From positions 128,001 to 192,000 of the forward strand of contig JBDHZC010000003.1 of NCBI GenBank assembly GCA_039811685.1: 64,000 nucleotides of DNA, written 5' to 3'. The position numbers and the translations under genes are program-made. The stretch is from Armatimonadota bacterium (GTDB lineage Bacteria; Armatimonadota; UBA5829; DSUL01). Every line of letters begins with the position of its first letter. Positions within the stretch are counted from its first letter, which is position 1. Positions 29,894 through 40,864 of this stretch are shown piece after piece. The notes below the pieces were generated by a model that was not told the origin of the DNA, did not search any database, and saw nothing but the letters and a program-made list of their open reading frames with translations.

Positions 29894-31870
29894 TTGAGGC
29901 CTTCGAGATTGCCTGACTCCTCCTCTCAAAACCAGACGCTCGCCCCGTTGCCTCAGTCTGCTGCTGTCCTGCGAGATGCGTTTTCTCCCTTTTCGGGCTT
30001 TCCGGTCGTAGGTTGTCACGCCCAGGTGCAGATTGCGGGGCAGTCGCCAATCGTGCTTGACCTCACCGCTGACGAGGATTCGGCAGCCGGTCCCCTATTG
30101 AGAGCTTCAAGCGCCAGTCTCTCACTGACCGCGCGCTATACCCAGTCTCCAGGTCGTCACATTCTTGACGAAGCAGTGACCGTGAAATTCTCCAGTCCTC
30201 CAGCCCGATTGCGGGGGCTGCATTTTGGCTGGGAGTTTTCGCTGGCTCAACTATCCGGATTTCGCCTGCACCCCGTTCCCTTCAGAGTGGGCCTGGACGG
30301 AGTGGACAGAAGTGTGCGGCTGGAGGAATCCAGTCAGATAGACGACTATGCCGAAGGCTGGATTCTGGAGAACGGAGAGCGTGGTTTGCTGGTAATGCGT
30401 CTGCCTTCGGGCAGTGCGCGCACCTGCTTTGTCCCGGCTTGCACGCACGACGACAGTCCGGATGCGACGCTGCAGATCGGCTCGTTCGGGCCCGACGTCC
30501 GCGCCGCCGACGACGGCCCTGAGCACAGAACCCAGTCGTACTTTCTGATTGAGGGTGCGGTGGACGGGCATCTCGAGCTTCCTCTGACTCGCTACATCGT
30601 CTATGAGGGCGGATGGGAGGAGGGGGTTCATCTATTCAGAGAGTCGCTTGTCCAGAGTCTGCCCCGGATTGGAAGCTACCGCCCGTCCCCAGTGACCTAC
30701 AACACATTTCATGACTTTGGCCCGGCTTATACTCGTCAGGACATTCTGAGTGCGCTTCCGCGCCTGCAGCAGATTGGATTCGGAATGTTGCATCTGGACC
30801 CCGGATGGGAGACTGCCTGGGGGTCGGCGCAGTGGGATGAGTCCAACATGGGAGCTCCTCGAGACCTCATAGAGGCTGCTGCCCGGCATGGGCTCAAAGT
30901 CGGACTGTGGACTTCTATGCACACCCGGGATGTGGAAACTTTCGATGGCTTGCACACCCTGGATGCGCAGGGGCGCAGCTACCTTGCGGAAGAGTTCGGC
31001 CCAGTTAAGCTGTGGGGCGTCTGTCCGATCAGCCGCTGGAAGGAGCTTTTCCTCAGCCGGATGCGGCCGCTTGTTGAAGCGGGTGTCTGCTTCGTCAACT
31101 CTGACTTTCACGACTGGCCATGGTCCGGAGAATCCTGCCATGCGCAGGATCACACTCACAAGACAGTGCCTACGCGGCTTGAGTGGGTTGAAGCTGTCAA
31201 TGACGCGTTTTGCTCATTGCGCCAGTTCAATCCAGACCTGACTGTGGAAATGCACGACCATGTGGAGTCCGGGGAGTACAGAACGCCTGTGTGGTATCTG
31301 TACGGACGCGAAGGCAGCTTCGATGAGAAGTGGGCCTATGAGTTCATGTGGACGACTCATGACGACCTGCTAAGCAGAAAACTCTTTGCGCTTTACCATC
31401 TGCGCAAGGCGGAGCCCATTCCGCTGTATCTCCATATGAACATGATGTCAGACAATGCCAATGCGCTCGCGTTCTGGTATGTTGCTTCCTGCGTGAACCA
31501 CATTGGAGTTGGCGGCGCCCTCAAAGCGCCGTCTGACGTTGTGGAAGGCTACACAAAGGCTATCGCGCTCTACAACGCGCACGCTGATGAGATGACTTCG
31601 GGTGAGTTCGTTGGGCTTGATGAGTTGACTCACGTTCACCTTCACCCTGAGCGCCATCGCGCGTTTCTGCTGGCGTTCAATCTGGAGGATCGTCCCGCAA
31701 CCAGAATGATCCGCTGGCGCTATGGTCGCTCTTGTCCCGATCTCGCGGGTAAGAAGGCTCTCGTGAATAGCCAGGAGCCGGCAGCCAATGGATCTCACGG
31801 CGATGTCGCCACATTTGCCATCGAGATTCCGCCTCGCGGAGTCGCCTTTGCCTCGATAGAGTTCGCGTGA
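29894..31870 (+). CDS. Alpha-galactosidase-like (GH36/clan D) glycoside hydrolase
   Basis: TIM-barrel motifs VTYNTF, LHLDPGW, GLKVGLW and GVCFVNSDF. Confidence 0.65.
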   Translation: MRPSRLPDSSSQNQTLAPLPQSAAVLRDAFSPFSGFPVVGCHAQVQIAGQSPIVLDLTADEDSAAGPLLRASSASLSLTARYTQSPGRHILDEAVTVKFSSPPARLRGLHFGWEFSLAQLSGFRLHPVPFRVGLDGVDRSVRLEESSQIDDYAEGWILENGERGLLVMRLPSGSARTCFVPACTHDDSPDATLQIGSFGPDVRAADDGPEHRTQSYFLIEGAVDGHLELPLTRYIVYEGGWEEGVHLFRESLVQSLPRIGSYRPSPVTYNTFHDFGPAYTRQDILSALPRLQQIGFGMLHLDPGWETAWGSAQWDESNMGAPRDLIEAAARHGLKVGLWTSMHTRDVETFDGLHTLDAQGRSYLAEEFGPVKLWGVCPISRWKELFLSRMRPLVEAGVCFVNSDFHDWPWSGESCHAQDHTHKTVPTRLEWVEAVNDAFCSLRQFNPDLTVEMHDHVESGEYRTPVWYLYGREGSFDEKWAYEFMWTTHDDLLSRKLFALYHLRKAEPIPLYLHMNMMSDNANALAFWYVASCVNHIGVGGALKAPSDVVEGYTKAIALYNAHADEMTSGEFVGLDELTHVHLHPERHRAFLLAFNLEDRPATRMIRWRYGRSCPDLAGKKALVNSQEPAANGSHGDVATFAIEIPPRGVAFASIEFA

Positions 31871-32574
31871 ACTCCGATTCTGCGCGCTCCCGGGAAGCTC
31901 TTGAGGAGCTGAATCAGAGGATTATCGCCTGTGAGAAGTGCCCGCGGCTTCGCCAGTATTGCCGCGAGGTGGCAGCTCAAAAGCGCCGGATGTACAGAGA
32001 TTGGGATTACTGGGGCAAGCCCGTTCCGAACTTTGGAGATCCGAACGCAAGAATCCTCATTATCGGACTTGCTCCAGCGGCGCACGGCGCCAATAGAACC
32101 GGGCGGATGTTCACCGGTGACGAAAGTGGCAACTGGCTTTTTCAGACGCTGTACGAAGTTGGGCTGGCGAATCAGCCGACTGCCGTGCGCGCTGACGACG
32201 GCCTGGAGTTGAAAGACATCCTGATAACCGCCTCCGTTCACTGTGCCCCGCCAGCCAACAAGCCGACGCCAGGTGAGCTGGCGAACTGCCTGCCTTTTCT
32301 GCTGGAGACTCTACAGATTGTTGAGAACTGGCGGGTGATGGTGGCGCTTGGGCGCATCGGCTTCATCCAGACTCTGCGCACGCTCAAAGAAGCGCAGATC
32401 CCGCACGCTATCCGGCAATCCAGTTTCGCTCACGGCGCTGAGCTTCAGCTTCCCGGCGGCCGCTGGATTGTCTGCAGCTACCATCCGAGCCAGCAGAATA
32501 CCTTCACTGGGAAGCTTACGCGCGAGATGATGCGCTCGATCTTCACACGCGCCAAAGCGCTCGCTGACGGCTAA
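31867..32574 (+). CDS. udgB: Uracil-DNA glycosylase family 5 (UdgB type, Fe-S)
   Basis: Motifs C..CPRL, GLAPAAHGANRTGRMFTGD, CAPPANKP and YHPSQQN. Confidence 0.92.
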   Translation: MNSDSARSREALEELNQRIIACEKCPRLRQYCREVAAQKRRMYRDWDYWGKPVPNFGDPNARILIIGLAPAAHGANRTGRMFTGDESGNWLFQTLYEVGLANQPTAVRADDGLELKDILITASVHCAPPANKPTPGELANCLPFLLETLQIVENWRVMVALGRIGFIQTLRTLKEAQIPHAIRQSSFAHGAELQLPGGRWIVCSYHPSQQNTFTGKLTREMMRSIFTRAKALADG

Positions 32575-32708
32575 GAGCCACGCGCCCGGCGTCTGATCCC
32601 TATCAGCTTTTTGCAACCGGGCAGGTGTACAATCGTATTATTCGTATAATACAATCCTGGGGGCTGTTGTTCACACAAGAGCTGCTGTCCTCCTGGAAAG
32701 AGACCGCA

Positions 32709-35700
32709 ATGGATTTTCTTAGGCGTCTGTACAGAGTGTGTGCCCGGCTCGCGTTTCCGGCGCTGCTTTGGAGCATCGGTTTGCTCTGGGTTGCGTCGGC
32801 TGCGCTGCAGGCGGCTGATCCGCAGGCTGTGAGCATTGAGCCTCTGAGTGCGGGGGTGGCGACTGGAGAGAAGACGACCTTTGTCACAACCTATTCGGAT
32901 GCCGATGGCGCCGGAAATCTTGCCGGAGTGTTCCTGCTGATAAATACCTCCGTTTCGGGTGCGCAGGGGGTCTATCTCTACTACGACATCAATCGCAATC
33001 GCCTGTTTCTCAGAGACGATACCAACAGCGCGTGGCTCGGCGGTTACGCCCGCGGGGCGCAGATGACAGTTCAGAACAGCCAGTGCACGCTCTATTGTGC
33101 TGACACCACGGCCAGGAGTATTGGAAATGACGTCATTGTCAACTGGCGTCTGGAGTTCAAACACTCTCTGTCCGGGCGGAAGTGTGGTGGGTGGCTTTTT
33201 GCCGCGGACGACGACGGACGCTCAAGCGGCTGGATGCGGCGCGGAACCTATGTCTTCGGCCGCGCTCCACTTAACGCCAGCCTTACACCCCCCACGGGGC
33301 CGGTGACGCCAGAAGCGTATTCTGTCTTCACTGCGAGCTATGTAGATGGTGATGGCGCAGACGACATGAGCGGCTGCTATCTGCTGATCAACACCGAGCT
33401 CAGCGGCGCCAACGCCATCTATTTGCTCTATACGCCCGCCGATAACCGCCTCTATCTGCGCAATGACGCAAACACAGCCTGGTTGGGAGGCGTCGCTCCG
33501 GGGCAGTCTGTCTTTCTGGACAACTCACAGGCGCGAGTGGACGTCGCTGGAACCAGTGTAACAAAGAGCGCCGGAACCGTCTCTATCAAATGGCGCGTCC
33601 TTCCGAAAGCTACCATGACGGGCTCTTCGGTGGGCGCGTGGCTCTATGTTTCGGACAAGACCGCCTTGATCGACGGCTGGGACCGCTTTGCCAGCTACTC
33701 CATCAGCCGTGCGCCAACGAATCAGTTCTTCGCGCCGAGCAGTGGTGTTCTGGATGTCAACACGCCGCTGACTCTCACCAGCCGCTACGCTGACGCTGAC
33801 GGTGCGGACAACATCTGGACGTGTTATGTCCTCCTGAGCGCCAGCGGAACGGGGCAGAGTTCGATCTATCTGTACTACGATGCGAACGCGGACAGGCTCT
33901 ATCTGCGCAATAGCGCCAATACGGCGTGGCTTGGTGGAGTCAGTCCAGGCAGCGCCAACCCTGTTGAGAACGACCAGTGCACGCTGTACCCCGCTGAGAC
34001 CACTGTCGCCAGGTCCGGCTCGATACTCACGGTCAACTGGAGAGTTCTGATCAAACCGGCTCTCAGCGGGCAGAATCTCTCCCCAATGCTGTATGTCACG
34101 GACGATACACGCCTGGCTGCGGGATGGGACAGCTTTGGATCTTTGAGTGTGGGACAGCCGGTATCTGTCAGCCGCATCACCATGGCGCCGGAGAATCTTG
34201 TTCTGAACGTCGGTGACAGCTACGTTCTGCGAGCCGGTTTACTGGATGTCTATGGTCAGGTAGTCAGTTCAAGAAGCTCACCCGTATGGGCAACCTCCAG
34301 CGCGTCACGGGTCTCGGTTTCTCCTCAGTCTCTGGATGACACGCGTGAGTTCCAGACTGCGCGCCTGCAGGGCGTCGCAACCGGCCAGGCGAATGTGTCC
34401 GCCACCAGTGGTAGCGTCAGCGGTGCGACTGCTGTGAAGGTGATGGACCTGTCGGCTCTTGGAAAGCTGGTGGAGAACGCGGACTGGTTCCCGGACCAGA
34501 CTCTGAGCAACGGCTACTACGTTGACTACTATTTCTATACGACGCCCGGCACTATCTACCGCGCCTACCTTCAGACGTCTCAGGGAAGCGTCGATGCGTT
34601 GCTTTCCAATGATCCAGCTTTTGCCTCATCTTCCGGGACTGTGCGAGTGAACAGTGGACAGACAAAGACGTGGGGTTTCACAGCAGGCTCTGGCTATGGA
34701 ACTTACTTTATCCGCGTGACAGGCCGCTCTTCTTCCAGCGCGTTCGATCTCTGGTTGGACAGTGGGCAAAACGATTACAGATATCCTGTACCAGGGCACT
34801 ACCTCTCACTCGAGCCAAACGGCCAGACTATCTTTCGCAGGGTGGGGGACGGTGAGAGTTCGCTGTACCGCTTTGAGGGCGTCGGGGGACAGCTTTACGA
34901 TCTCCGTATTGACGCCGATGCCGACGTGACTGTAACAGGATCGCAGAATCAGACCGTAGCGCACCGCACGGTCAGCGCTGGCTCTGACAATCACGTGAGC
35001 TTCACCAGCAGCGCCAGCCAGTCGTACTTTGTCGCCGTCTCCCATACGGGAGACAGTCAAGTTGGAGAAGCGGTGCGCCTGATGCAGCCCAGCCGCCCGG
35101 ATATTCGAGGCGGTCAGATGGCTCTGCTGCCGTCGCGATCGGCCCTGTTGCCGGGAGAGTCAGAGACGTTGCGGCTTGCTATGGTGGACTCGTCGTGGCT
35201 GCCTGCGCCCGAGCCAGCCTTCGTCACCTGGACTGCGGGCGGTGACCGCCTCAGCTTTGCCAGCGGCGGCTCCGTGGGCGGATATGTGACTGCTTCTGCG
35301 CAGGCTGATTCCCCCGGACCCGCGCGGTCTTACGGCCAGATTGCCACGCGGCATACGAGTTCCGCTGCGCAGAGTTTCGCTCTGGTAGATTTGCTGGGGC
35401 AGGGAGAAGCCGAGCGTCTGAATCTGAACGCTCCTGCCACCGTCACTCTGGCAAATGGTGGAGAAAAGGGCTACACACTGGCTGTCACAGCCGGCACGAA
35501 GTACACAATCACTGCCTCGGCAATTGCAGGAGAGGCCGATGTGGAGCTCTCGTCAGATCCGAACTTCTGGAACAGCCTCGGATTTTCACACATCACCTCG
35601 TCTTCGAGCTATGACTTCAGCTTCATCGCTCCAGGACGCATAGGAGTCGTTTACATTCGCGTTTCGGGGACTCAAGTATCCAACCGTGTGAGCGTTTCGG

Positions 35701-36077
35701 CGTCTGCGCAGAGTGATACCTATCTCTATCCCGTGCAGTCAACTATGAGCCGAATCTCTCTGAATGGGTCTGCTCTCAGCGCGAAGCTGGGTCGGTGGGA
35801 CCTTGGACGTGGGCTGGATGAGGAGGCGGCGTGGTTCTATTTTGATATCCCGAACACTGGCATAAACTACTCACTTCAGTTGCACAGCGACAGCGGAGCT
35901 ATTGATTGGGAGGTGGCGGATAACTACGGTTTTCAGTCACGACTCTTCTCAGATCACACTGTGGAGGGCACAACTGGCGCCTACAACTTTGTGCCGCCTC
36001 GTGCCCCCGCACGCTACTATGTGCGAGTGCGAGGTCGCTCTCTGATCAACCGCTTTACGCTTACCTTCCGGACGTAG
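32709..36077 (+). CDS. Large secreted repeat protein: three ~150-aa beta repeats, an Ig-like (Big_2-like) domain and several PPC-like domains
   Basis: Signal peptide; three copies of Y.D.DGA.(N/D)...YL.Y....RL.LR...N.AWLGG...N.Q...W...GW. Confidence 0.8.
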   Translation: MDFLRRLYRVCARLAFPALLWSIGLLWVASAALQAADPQAVSIEPLSAGVATGEKTTFVTTYSDADGAGNLAGVFLLINTSVSGAQGVYLYYDINRNRLFLRDDTNSAWLGGYARGAQMTVQNSQCTLYCADTTARSIGNDVIVNWRLEFKHSLSGRKCGGWLFAADDDGRSSGWMRRGTYVFGRAPLNASLTPPTGPVTPEAYSVFTASYVDGDGADDMSGCYLLINTELSGANAIYLLYTPADNRLYLRNDANTAWLGGVAPGQSVFLDNSQARVDVAGTSVTKSAGTVSIKWRVLPKATMTGSSVGAWLYVSDKTALIDGWDRFASYSISRAPTNQFFAPSSGVLDVNTPLTLTSRYADADGADNIWTCYVLLSASGTGQSSIYLYYDANADRLYLRNSANTAWLGGVSPGSANPVENDQCTLYPAETTVARSGSILTVNWRVLIKPALSGQNLSPMLYVTDDTRLAAGWDSFGSLSVGQPVSVSRITMAPENLVLNVGDSYVLRAGLLDVYGQVVSSRSSPVWATSSASRVSVSPQSLDDTREFQTARLQGVATGQANVSATSGSVSGATAVKVMDLSALGKLVENADWFPDQTLSNGYYVDYYFYTTPGTIYRAYLQTSQGSVDALLSNDPAFASSSGTVRVNSGQTKTWGFTAGSGYGTYFIRVTGRSSSSAFDLWLDSGQNDYRYPVPGHYLSLEPNGQTIFRRVGDGESSLYRFEGVGGQLYDLRIDADADVTVTGSQNQTVAHRTVSAGSDNHVSFTSSASQSYFVAVSHTGDSQVGEAVRLMQPSRPDIRGGQMALLPSRSALLPGESETLRLAMVDSSWLPAPEPAFVTWTAGGDRLSFASGGSVGGYVTASAQADSPGPARSYGQIATRHTSSAAQSFALVDLLGQGEAERLNLNAPATVTLANGGEKGYTLAVTAGTKYTITASAIAGEADVELSSDPNFWNSLGFSHITSSSSYDFSFIAPGRIGVVYIRVSGTQVSNRVSVSASAQSDTYLYPVQSTMSRISLNGSALSAKLGRWDLGRGLDEEAAWFYFDIPNTGINYSLQLHSDSGAIDWEVADNYGFQSRLFSDHTVEGTTGAYNFVPPRAPARYYVRVRGRSLINRFTLTFRT

Positions 36078-36110
36078 CTCGGATTTGTTATCATCCCGTT
36101 CGTTGGCGCG

Positions 36111-36959
36111 GTGCGCCTCAATTCGCAGAAATCCCTCCTACGGCGTCTCCAGGGTTTGCGCAATCAGCCCGGCAGGCAGGCTGTCTTTGTGAGACGGCGG
36201 CTTCTCTGCATAGCAGGCAATGTCGTTCGTGTCAGCCTTGTATGGACATCAGTGGGACTGGTGTTGTGGGTTTTCTTCCGGACGCAGTTGACCGTCTCGC
36301 CGGAAAAGGCCCTGGCGAATGGGCGACACCTGCTGCGCGGCCGCACCGTTCTGGCAGTAGCAGCGCATCCTGACGATCTGGAATGGTACGTCGGCGGCAC
36401 GCTTCGCCGATTGTCAGATGAGGGCGCGCGAGTACATGTCATCGTTGCGTCATTTGGTGAAAAAGGCCCAAACCTTACCCATGCCGGAAACCTGGCCGAA
36501 ACTCGCGAGCTTGAGCAGCTTCGCGCTGCCCGAATCAATGGGTATGCACAGGTGCATTTCTTCGGACTTCCAGACAAAGGAGTTGTCGATGGCCCGGCAA
36601 TGCGCCAGAAACTGACTCAGGTGTGGCAGTCCCTGAATCCGGATATTGTCCTCACCTTCGATCCGGTCTTGTGGTCACTGCCTTACCTCCATCCGGACCA
36701 CCAGGGATCCGGAAGAACTGTCTACGAGTACTGGCGCTCTATGAGGCGTGAGAGCCGTCCGAGCCTGTTCTTCTGGCAGTCACGGCGGCCGAATGCCGTA
36801 GTGGACATATCAGACACACTCACTACAAAGGAGCGAGCGCTTAATCAGCACTTCACGCAAAACCTCGGCCGCGCAGGCGCCCGCAACGCCGCCATCAGCT
36901 CGCAAGTTGGACACCAGGTTGGCATAGGGTACGGTGAGAGCTTCCGGCGCTTGCAGTAG
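36111..36959 (+). CDS. PIG-L family deacetylase, membrane-anchored
   Basis: Motifs AHPDDLE, HPDH and HFTQ. Confidence 0.9.
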   Translation: MRLNSQKSLLRRLQGLRNQPGRQAVFVRRRLLCIAGNVVRVSLVWTSVGLVLWVFFRTQLTVSPEKALANGRHLLRGRTVLAVAAHPDDLEWYVGGTLRRLSDEGARVHVIVASFGEKGPNLTHAGNLAETRELEQLRAARINGYAQVHFFGLPDKGVVDGPAMRQKLTQVWQSLNPDIVLTFDPVLWSLPYLHPDHQGSGRTVYEYWRSMRRESRPSLFFWQSRRPNAVVDISDTLTTKERALNQHFTQNLGRAGARNAAISSQVGHQVGIGYGESFRRLQ

Positions 36960-36961
36960 CC

Positions 36962-38317
36962 TCAGTCGCGGGAGACTTTGTGCTTGATGATGGAGCGATC
37001 GCTGCGGATTTTTTCTGCGCCGCGCTCAAGCTGATCGACAAACTGCTGTGCGCTCAGCTCCCCGCCAAGAAGTCGCCGCATTGCGTCGTCGGTTGAGTCT
37101 TTCAGCCCTGGATACCACTGCTGATACTGCGTTGACCAGACGCTCTTCGCCCTGTTGAAATAGCGAGCGGCAGTAGCCAACTCAGGCGGAATATCCGTAT
37201 TCTCAGCTCCCTTGATCGGGGAAAGTGTCTTCTTGTCGCGCACCCATTCTCTCTGGCTCTCAAGGCTCATCAAGAACTTGAAGTACTCAACGGCCATGTC
37301 CGGATGAGCGGAGCGCGTTGGAAGTACCCAGTCTTCAGTCCCGGAACCGAGTGTTGTGGGGTCTCCCTTTCCTCCCGGGATAATCGGAGGTGGTAGAAAC
37401 TGCAGTTTGAACTGAGGGTGGGCGGCAAAGTCTTGCTTGTTTTCATTTGACAGCCACGTGCCACAGGGGATCAGAGCCGCCTTGCCGTTTGCAAAGTCCG
37501 TTTGCGCCTGCAAATGTGTTTTGCCAAGCGCGCCGTCCGCAAAATATCCCTTTTCTCGAAGCTCTACAATCAACTCCGCAGCCTGTAGAAAGGCCGGAGA
37601 TTTCCACGCGCCGGGAACAAGGTCCTGCGCATCGTTGTACGTATCAATCCCTCCTATTGAAATAGCCCAGGGGAACAGAAATCCGCTCATAACATAGTAG
37701 GGATATTTCCCCTGATAGGTGATTGGAGCAATACCCGATTTCTTGATCTTCGCGCAGACATCCAGCAGTTCCGGATAGCTCTTCGGGGGAGCCCAGCCAT
37801 TCTTGTTGAACAGGTTTTCGTCATACCACCACCCGTACACGTTGTTGTTGATGGGGATGAGATAGTGGTGACCATTGTACCGCCCACGGTTCAGGAGCTT
37901 GCTGTCAAAGGTGTCCTTCCAGGTCGTGTCCTGCCCGTACGCTTTCTCCTCCAGCCACTTGTCGAAAGGCTGCACCTGCTCTTCAGACACCAGCTTCCAG
38001 TAGTCCATGCCCCAGCCGGGCCAGGTGATGTCCGGGACGTTGCCTTTCACAAAGCGCGGACGCAGCTCTTCCCAGACTCTTGGCGTTCCCCAAACGCGAA
38101 TACTCAGCGGCCGGGTTGCGCCTGGAGGGGTCAGTTTTTCAGGAAACTTCTGTTCAAACTCGCGGGCTTTCTCTTTGAAGAAGTCTATGCCAAAGCCGCC
38201 GTTAAAGACCGCCACTTCAATTTCGTTTGTTGCCGTCTTCTTTGCGCAGCCTTCCAGCGCGCCCGCCAGCGGAAGCGCTGCCAGTCCTGCGCACAATTGT
38301 CTTCGAGTCAGCTTCAT
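36962..38317 (-). CDS. Sugar ABC transporter solute-binding lipoprotein (NgcE-like), twin-arginine signal
   Basis: TRRQL plus lipobox LEGC; motifs F.GGFG, YQGKYPYY, GKAALIPCGTWL.NE. Confidence 0.85.
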   Translation of the reverse strand: MKLTRRQLCAGLAALPLAGALEGCAKKTATNEIEVAVFNGGFGIDFFKEKAREFEQKFPEKLTPPGATRPLSIRVWGTPRVWEELRPRFVKGNVPDITWPGWGMDYWKLVSEEQVQPFDKWLEEKAYGQDTTWKDTFDSKLLNRGRYNGHHYLIPINNNVYGWWYDENLFNKNGWAPPKSYPELLDVCAKIKKSGIAPITYQGKYPYYVMSGFLFPWAISIGGIDTYNDAQDLVPGAWKSPAFLQAAELIVELREKGYFADGALGKTHLQAQTDFANGKAALIPCGTWLSNENKQDFAAHPQFKLQFLPPPIIPGGKGDPTTLGSGTEDWVLPTRSAHPDMAVEYFKFLMSLESQREWVRDKKTLSPIKGAENTDIPPELATAARYFNRAKSVWSTQYQQWYPGLKDSTDDAMRRLLGGELSAQQFVDQLERGAEKIRSDRSIIKHKVSRD

Positions 38318-38370
38318 CTTATAGCTCCTTCCGGTTCTTCACTGTCCATCGTAGCCAGACGCTTCTCCGC

Positions 38371-39150
38371 CTACGGATAGAGCTTCCTGGCTTCTTCAAC
38401 AGAGGTAGAATACACGCGTCCCCCGCCGAGTATCTGCCGTCGCATGCCACCTGTGTTTTCCCACAGGCTCTGCGGCGGGCGGAAGCCTTCCCACGGTTCA
38501 ACCCAGCTAGGGCCATAGTTGAAATACATGTTTGTCCGCGTTCTGTCAGACTTATTCACATTGCCAGCGTGCAGCACAGCCTCACTGAATATCAGACATG
38601 CGCCCGCGTCGACTTCCAGTTCGATTTGCCCTGGCAGATCATCGCTGCCTGATGTCTCATCGGGCAGGTGAATCTGTGACTTGTGCGAGCCAGGGATCAA
38701 ACGCGTGGGACATGCCCCCTTGCGGACATCGCTCAAATAGAAGATGCACTTGACCATAAGGCAGAACGGTCGGCCCTCCGAAATGCTGTAGCCGTACGTC
38801 TGCACTCCGCGGTGCCAGCCGAGCCCCACGGACTTCCCCGGAGTAAGTTGTGCGGTGTTGTCAATCAGTCGGGGAGCGCCTCCGGTGAGCTCTACCAGAA
38901 TATCCAGAGTCGACGGGTGATCTACGACGTTCAGAAAAGCATGGCTTTTTTCGATAGGACGGTGGACATTCACTACTTCGCGAGGCTCTCGGCGGTCGTC
39001 CCAGAAGCCTGCCTCCGGGTGTTCTTCGCGCGCCATGCGATAAATCTCATCCCTGAAGCGCGCGGTCTCAGCCGCGTCCAAGGCGTTTGGAATTACGATG
39101 AACCCCTGAAGGTCGAACAGAAACCTCTGCTCATCCGTCATTTGCGCCAT
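38371..39150 (-). CDS. Phytanoyl-CoA dioxygenase (PhyH) family protein
   Basis: Motifs FDLQGFIV, WHRG, IPGSHK and LHAG..N.S...R; AAAGGAG ribosome-binding site before MAQM. Confidence 0.88.
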   Translation of the reverse strand: MAQMTDEQRFLFDLQGFIVIPNALDAAETARFRDEIYRMAREEHPEAGFWDDRREPREVVNVHRPIEKSHAFLNVVDHPSTLDILVELTGGAPRLIDNTAQLTPGKSVGLGWHRGVQTYGYSISEGRPFCLMVKCIFYLSDVRKGACPTRLIPGSHKSQIHLPDETSGSDDLPGQIELEVDAGACLIFSEAVLHAGNVNKSDRTRTNMYFNYGPSWVEPWEGFRPPQSLWENTGGMRRQILGGGRVYSTSVEEARKLYP

Positions 39151-39225
39151 TGCTAACGTCTCCTTTATATCACTGGTCAATGTGATCAGTTCGAGTTCAC
39201 AGTGTAGCACCGCCGCGGCACTGTT

Positions 39226-40695
39226 TCAGCGCGGCGTCGCACGGTGGTGCAGGAGTATATCCTGCGTCTGAAGCGTCTCGAACAGGCTTCGGGCGTCCTT
39301 GTACTGCGGGTTCAGCTTAAGAGCCTCTTGCGCCTGTATCAGTGCATTGTCCAGGTCCCTGTCCTCCGCCAGCACGCGCGCCAGGCGGTAGTGCCCCAGG
39401 CTCGCATTTGGGGAGCGGTTGTACTTGACAGCGTCCGTCCACAGAGTCTGTGAATTGTGCCACGTGCCACACCTCAGAGTAGTTTTGAGCGCAAACAGCG
39501 ACAGCACGATAAGCATAGCTGCGAACAGAACTGCTTTGTGCTGGGTGGAGAACAGGCGCTTGTAGATATCCCGCACAATAAGCCCGCAGCATACGAAAAG
39601 CCCTACGTCCGCCAGATACATGTAGTGATTTGCGAACGGCGCGACGCTTACAACGTATCCGAAAGGAAGGAAGCCCAGAATCGGAGTGGCCAGCAGAACA
39701 AACCAGGCCAGTCCAAATCCATAGTCCCGCGACAACATCAGCATCCAGCATGTCACAGAGACGAAAGCGATTGACAGGCCGATAGTCCCAACATACCAGC
39801 CAGGAGTGTGTGTGGACGCGTAAAGGACGGACAGCTTGAGTGGGATCAGGAGCTTGTACACGTAAAAACCGATGGCTGCCCAGGCGTTGGTGCGCGAATA
39901 ATACGAGACGCTCTCTGTCATCAACTCAAGAGCGTGGCCCCCACGCGTCTGCCACGTGACAAGTCCTAGCAGGACTGCGGCCACAAAGAAGAATGTTTTC
40001 TCGGGGAGTTCTTCGCTGCCGTCCTTGCGCCTTTGCTGGTAGTCAACAATCAGCAGAAGATAGGGCAGCAGTGCCGCGATCGGCTTGGACAGCAACGCCA
40101 GCACGTACATTATCAGCGATACGGTTAGAGTCGATCTTTTTCGGCTTTTCAGATAGCGCACGTAGGCCAGCATGCTCAAGAGCGCGAAGGTGCCACTGAG
40201 CACATCCTTCAATCCGCTCACCCATGCGACGGCATCCACGTGAATTGGGTGCAGGGCGAAAAGCAGGGCGGCTGTCAGCGCCGGAATTCTCTGTCTCAGC
40301 AACCCCGTAACAATGAGATAGACAAGAAGCGCATTTGTAGCATGCAGGAGCACGCTTACGGCATGAAAGGCTAACGGATGCGCGCCAAACACCGCATAGA
40401 TGGCCGCATAAACGCTGTAGACGGGTGGCGCGTAGGGACGTGCGGACATATCCGCCCAGATAGTCCACAGACTGTGAAGGGTGGGATGCGTAACCAGACT
40501 GTTCTGCAGGACGTTGAGCGGATCTTCAAAGTCCACAAAACCGTTAACCAGGCAGCGAGCGTAGACGGCGACGGTCACCGCAAACAGAATCCACAGATCC
40601 AGAAAAACCGGCCTGCCGTTCACTGAAGCCGTGTGCAGATCGGTCTCTTGCGGGGTCATTCTAAGGTCTGATTGTGCGTGCTCTTCCAGAAGCAT
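39226..40695 (-). CDS. TMTC-like GT-C membrane glycosyltransferase with C-terminal TPR
   Basis: Motifs NGFVDFED, FHAVSVLLH..N, LFALHPIHVDAVAWVSG.KD and LSKP; terminal TPR. Confidence 0.8.
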   Translation of the reverse strand: MLLEEHAQSDLRMTPQETDLHTASVNGRPVFLDLWILFAVTVAVYARCLVNGFVDFEDPLNVLQNSLVTHPTLHSLWTIWADMSARPYAPPVYSVYAAIYAVFGAHPLAFHAVSVLLHATNALLVYLIVTGLLRQRIPALTAALLFALHPIHVDAVAWVSGLKDVLSGTFALLSMLAYVRYLKSRKRSTLTVSLIMYVLALLSKPIAALLPYLLLIVDYQQRRKDGSEELPEKTFFFVAAVLLGLVTWQTRGGHALELMTESVSYYSRTNAWAAIGFYVYKLLIPLKLSVLYASTHTPGWYVGTIGLSIAFVSVTCWMLMLSRDYGFGLAWFVLLATPILGFLPFGYVVSVAPFANHYMYLADVGLFVCCGLIVRDIYKRLFSTQHKAVLFAAMLIVLSLFALKTTLRCGTWHNSQTLWTDAVKYNRSPNASLGHYRLARVLAEDRDLDNALIQAQEALKLNPQYKDARSLFETLQTQDILLHHRATPR

Positions 40696-40864
40696 GTTCC
40701 AAGCTGCCTGTCTTCAACGATTACCAGGCAGAAACAGAATCACCCTCTAAGCAGCGCGTGAGTCTTGATACGAGCGCTTGCGGGTGTTGTAAGTCTTGCG
40801 GTCGCCGGAGAGCGCCAGGCTCCACAGGGGGGTCAGGTCTATCAGCAGCAGGGCCATCTGGCAC

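Noticed and set aside
40800..40860. SRP RNA (GGTCAGG...AGCAGC)
   Set aside because: It lacks the GNRA-capped helix and a long closing stem.
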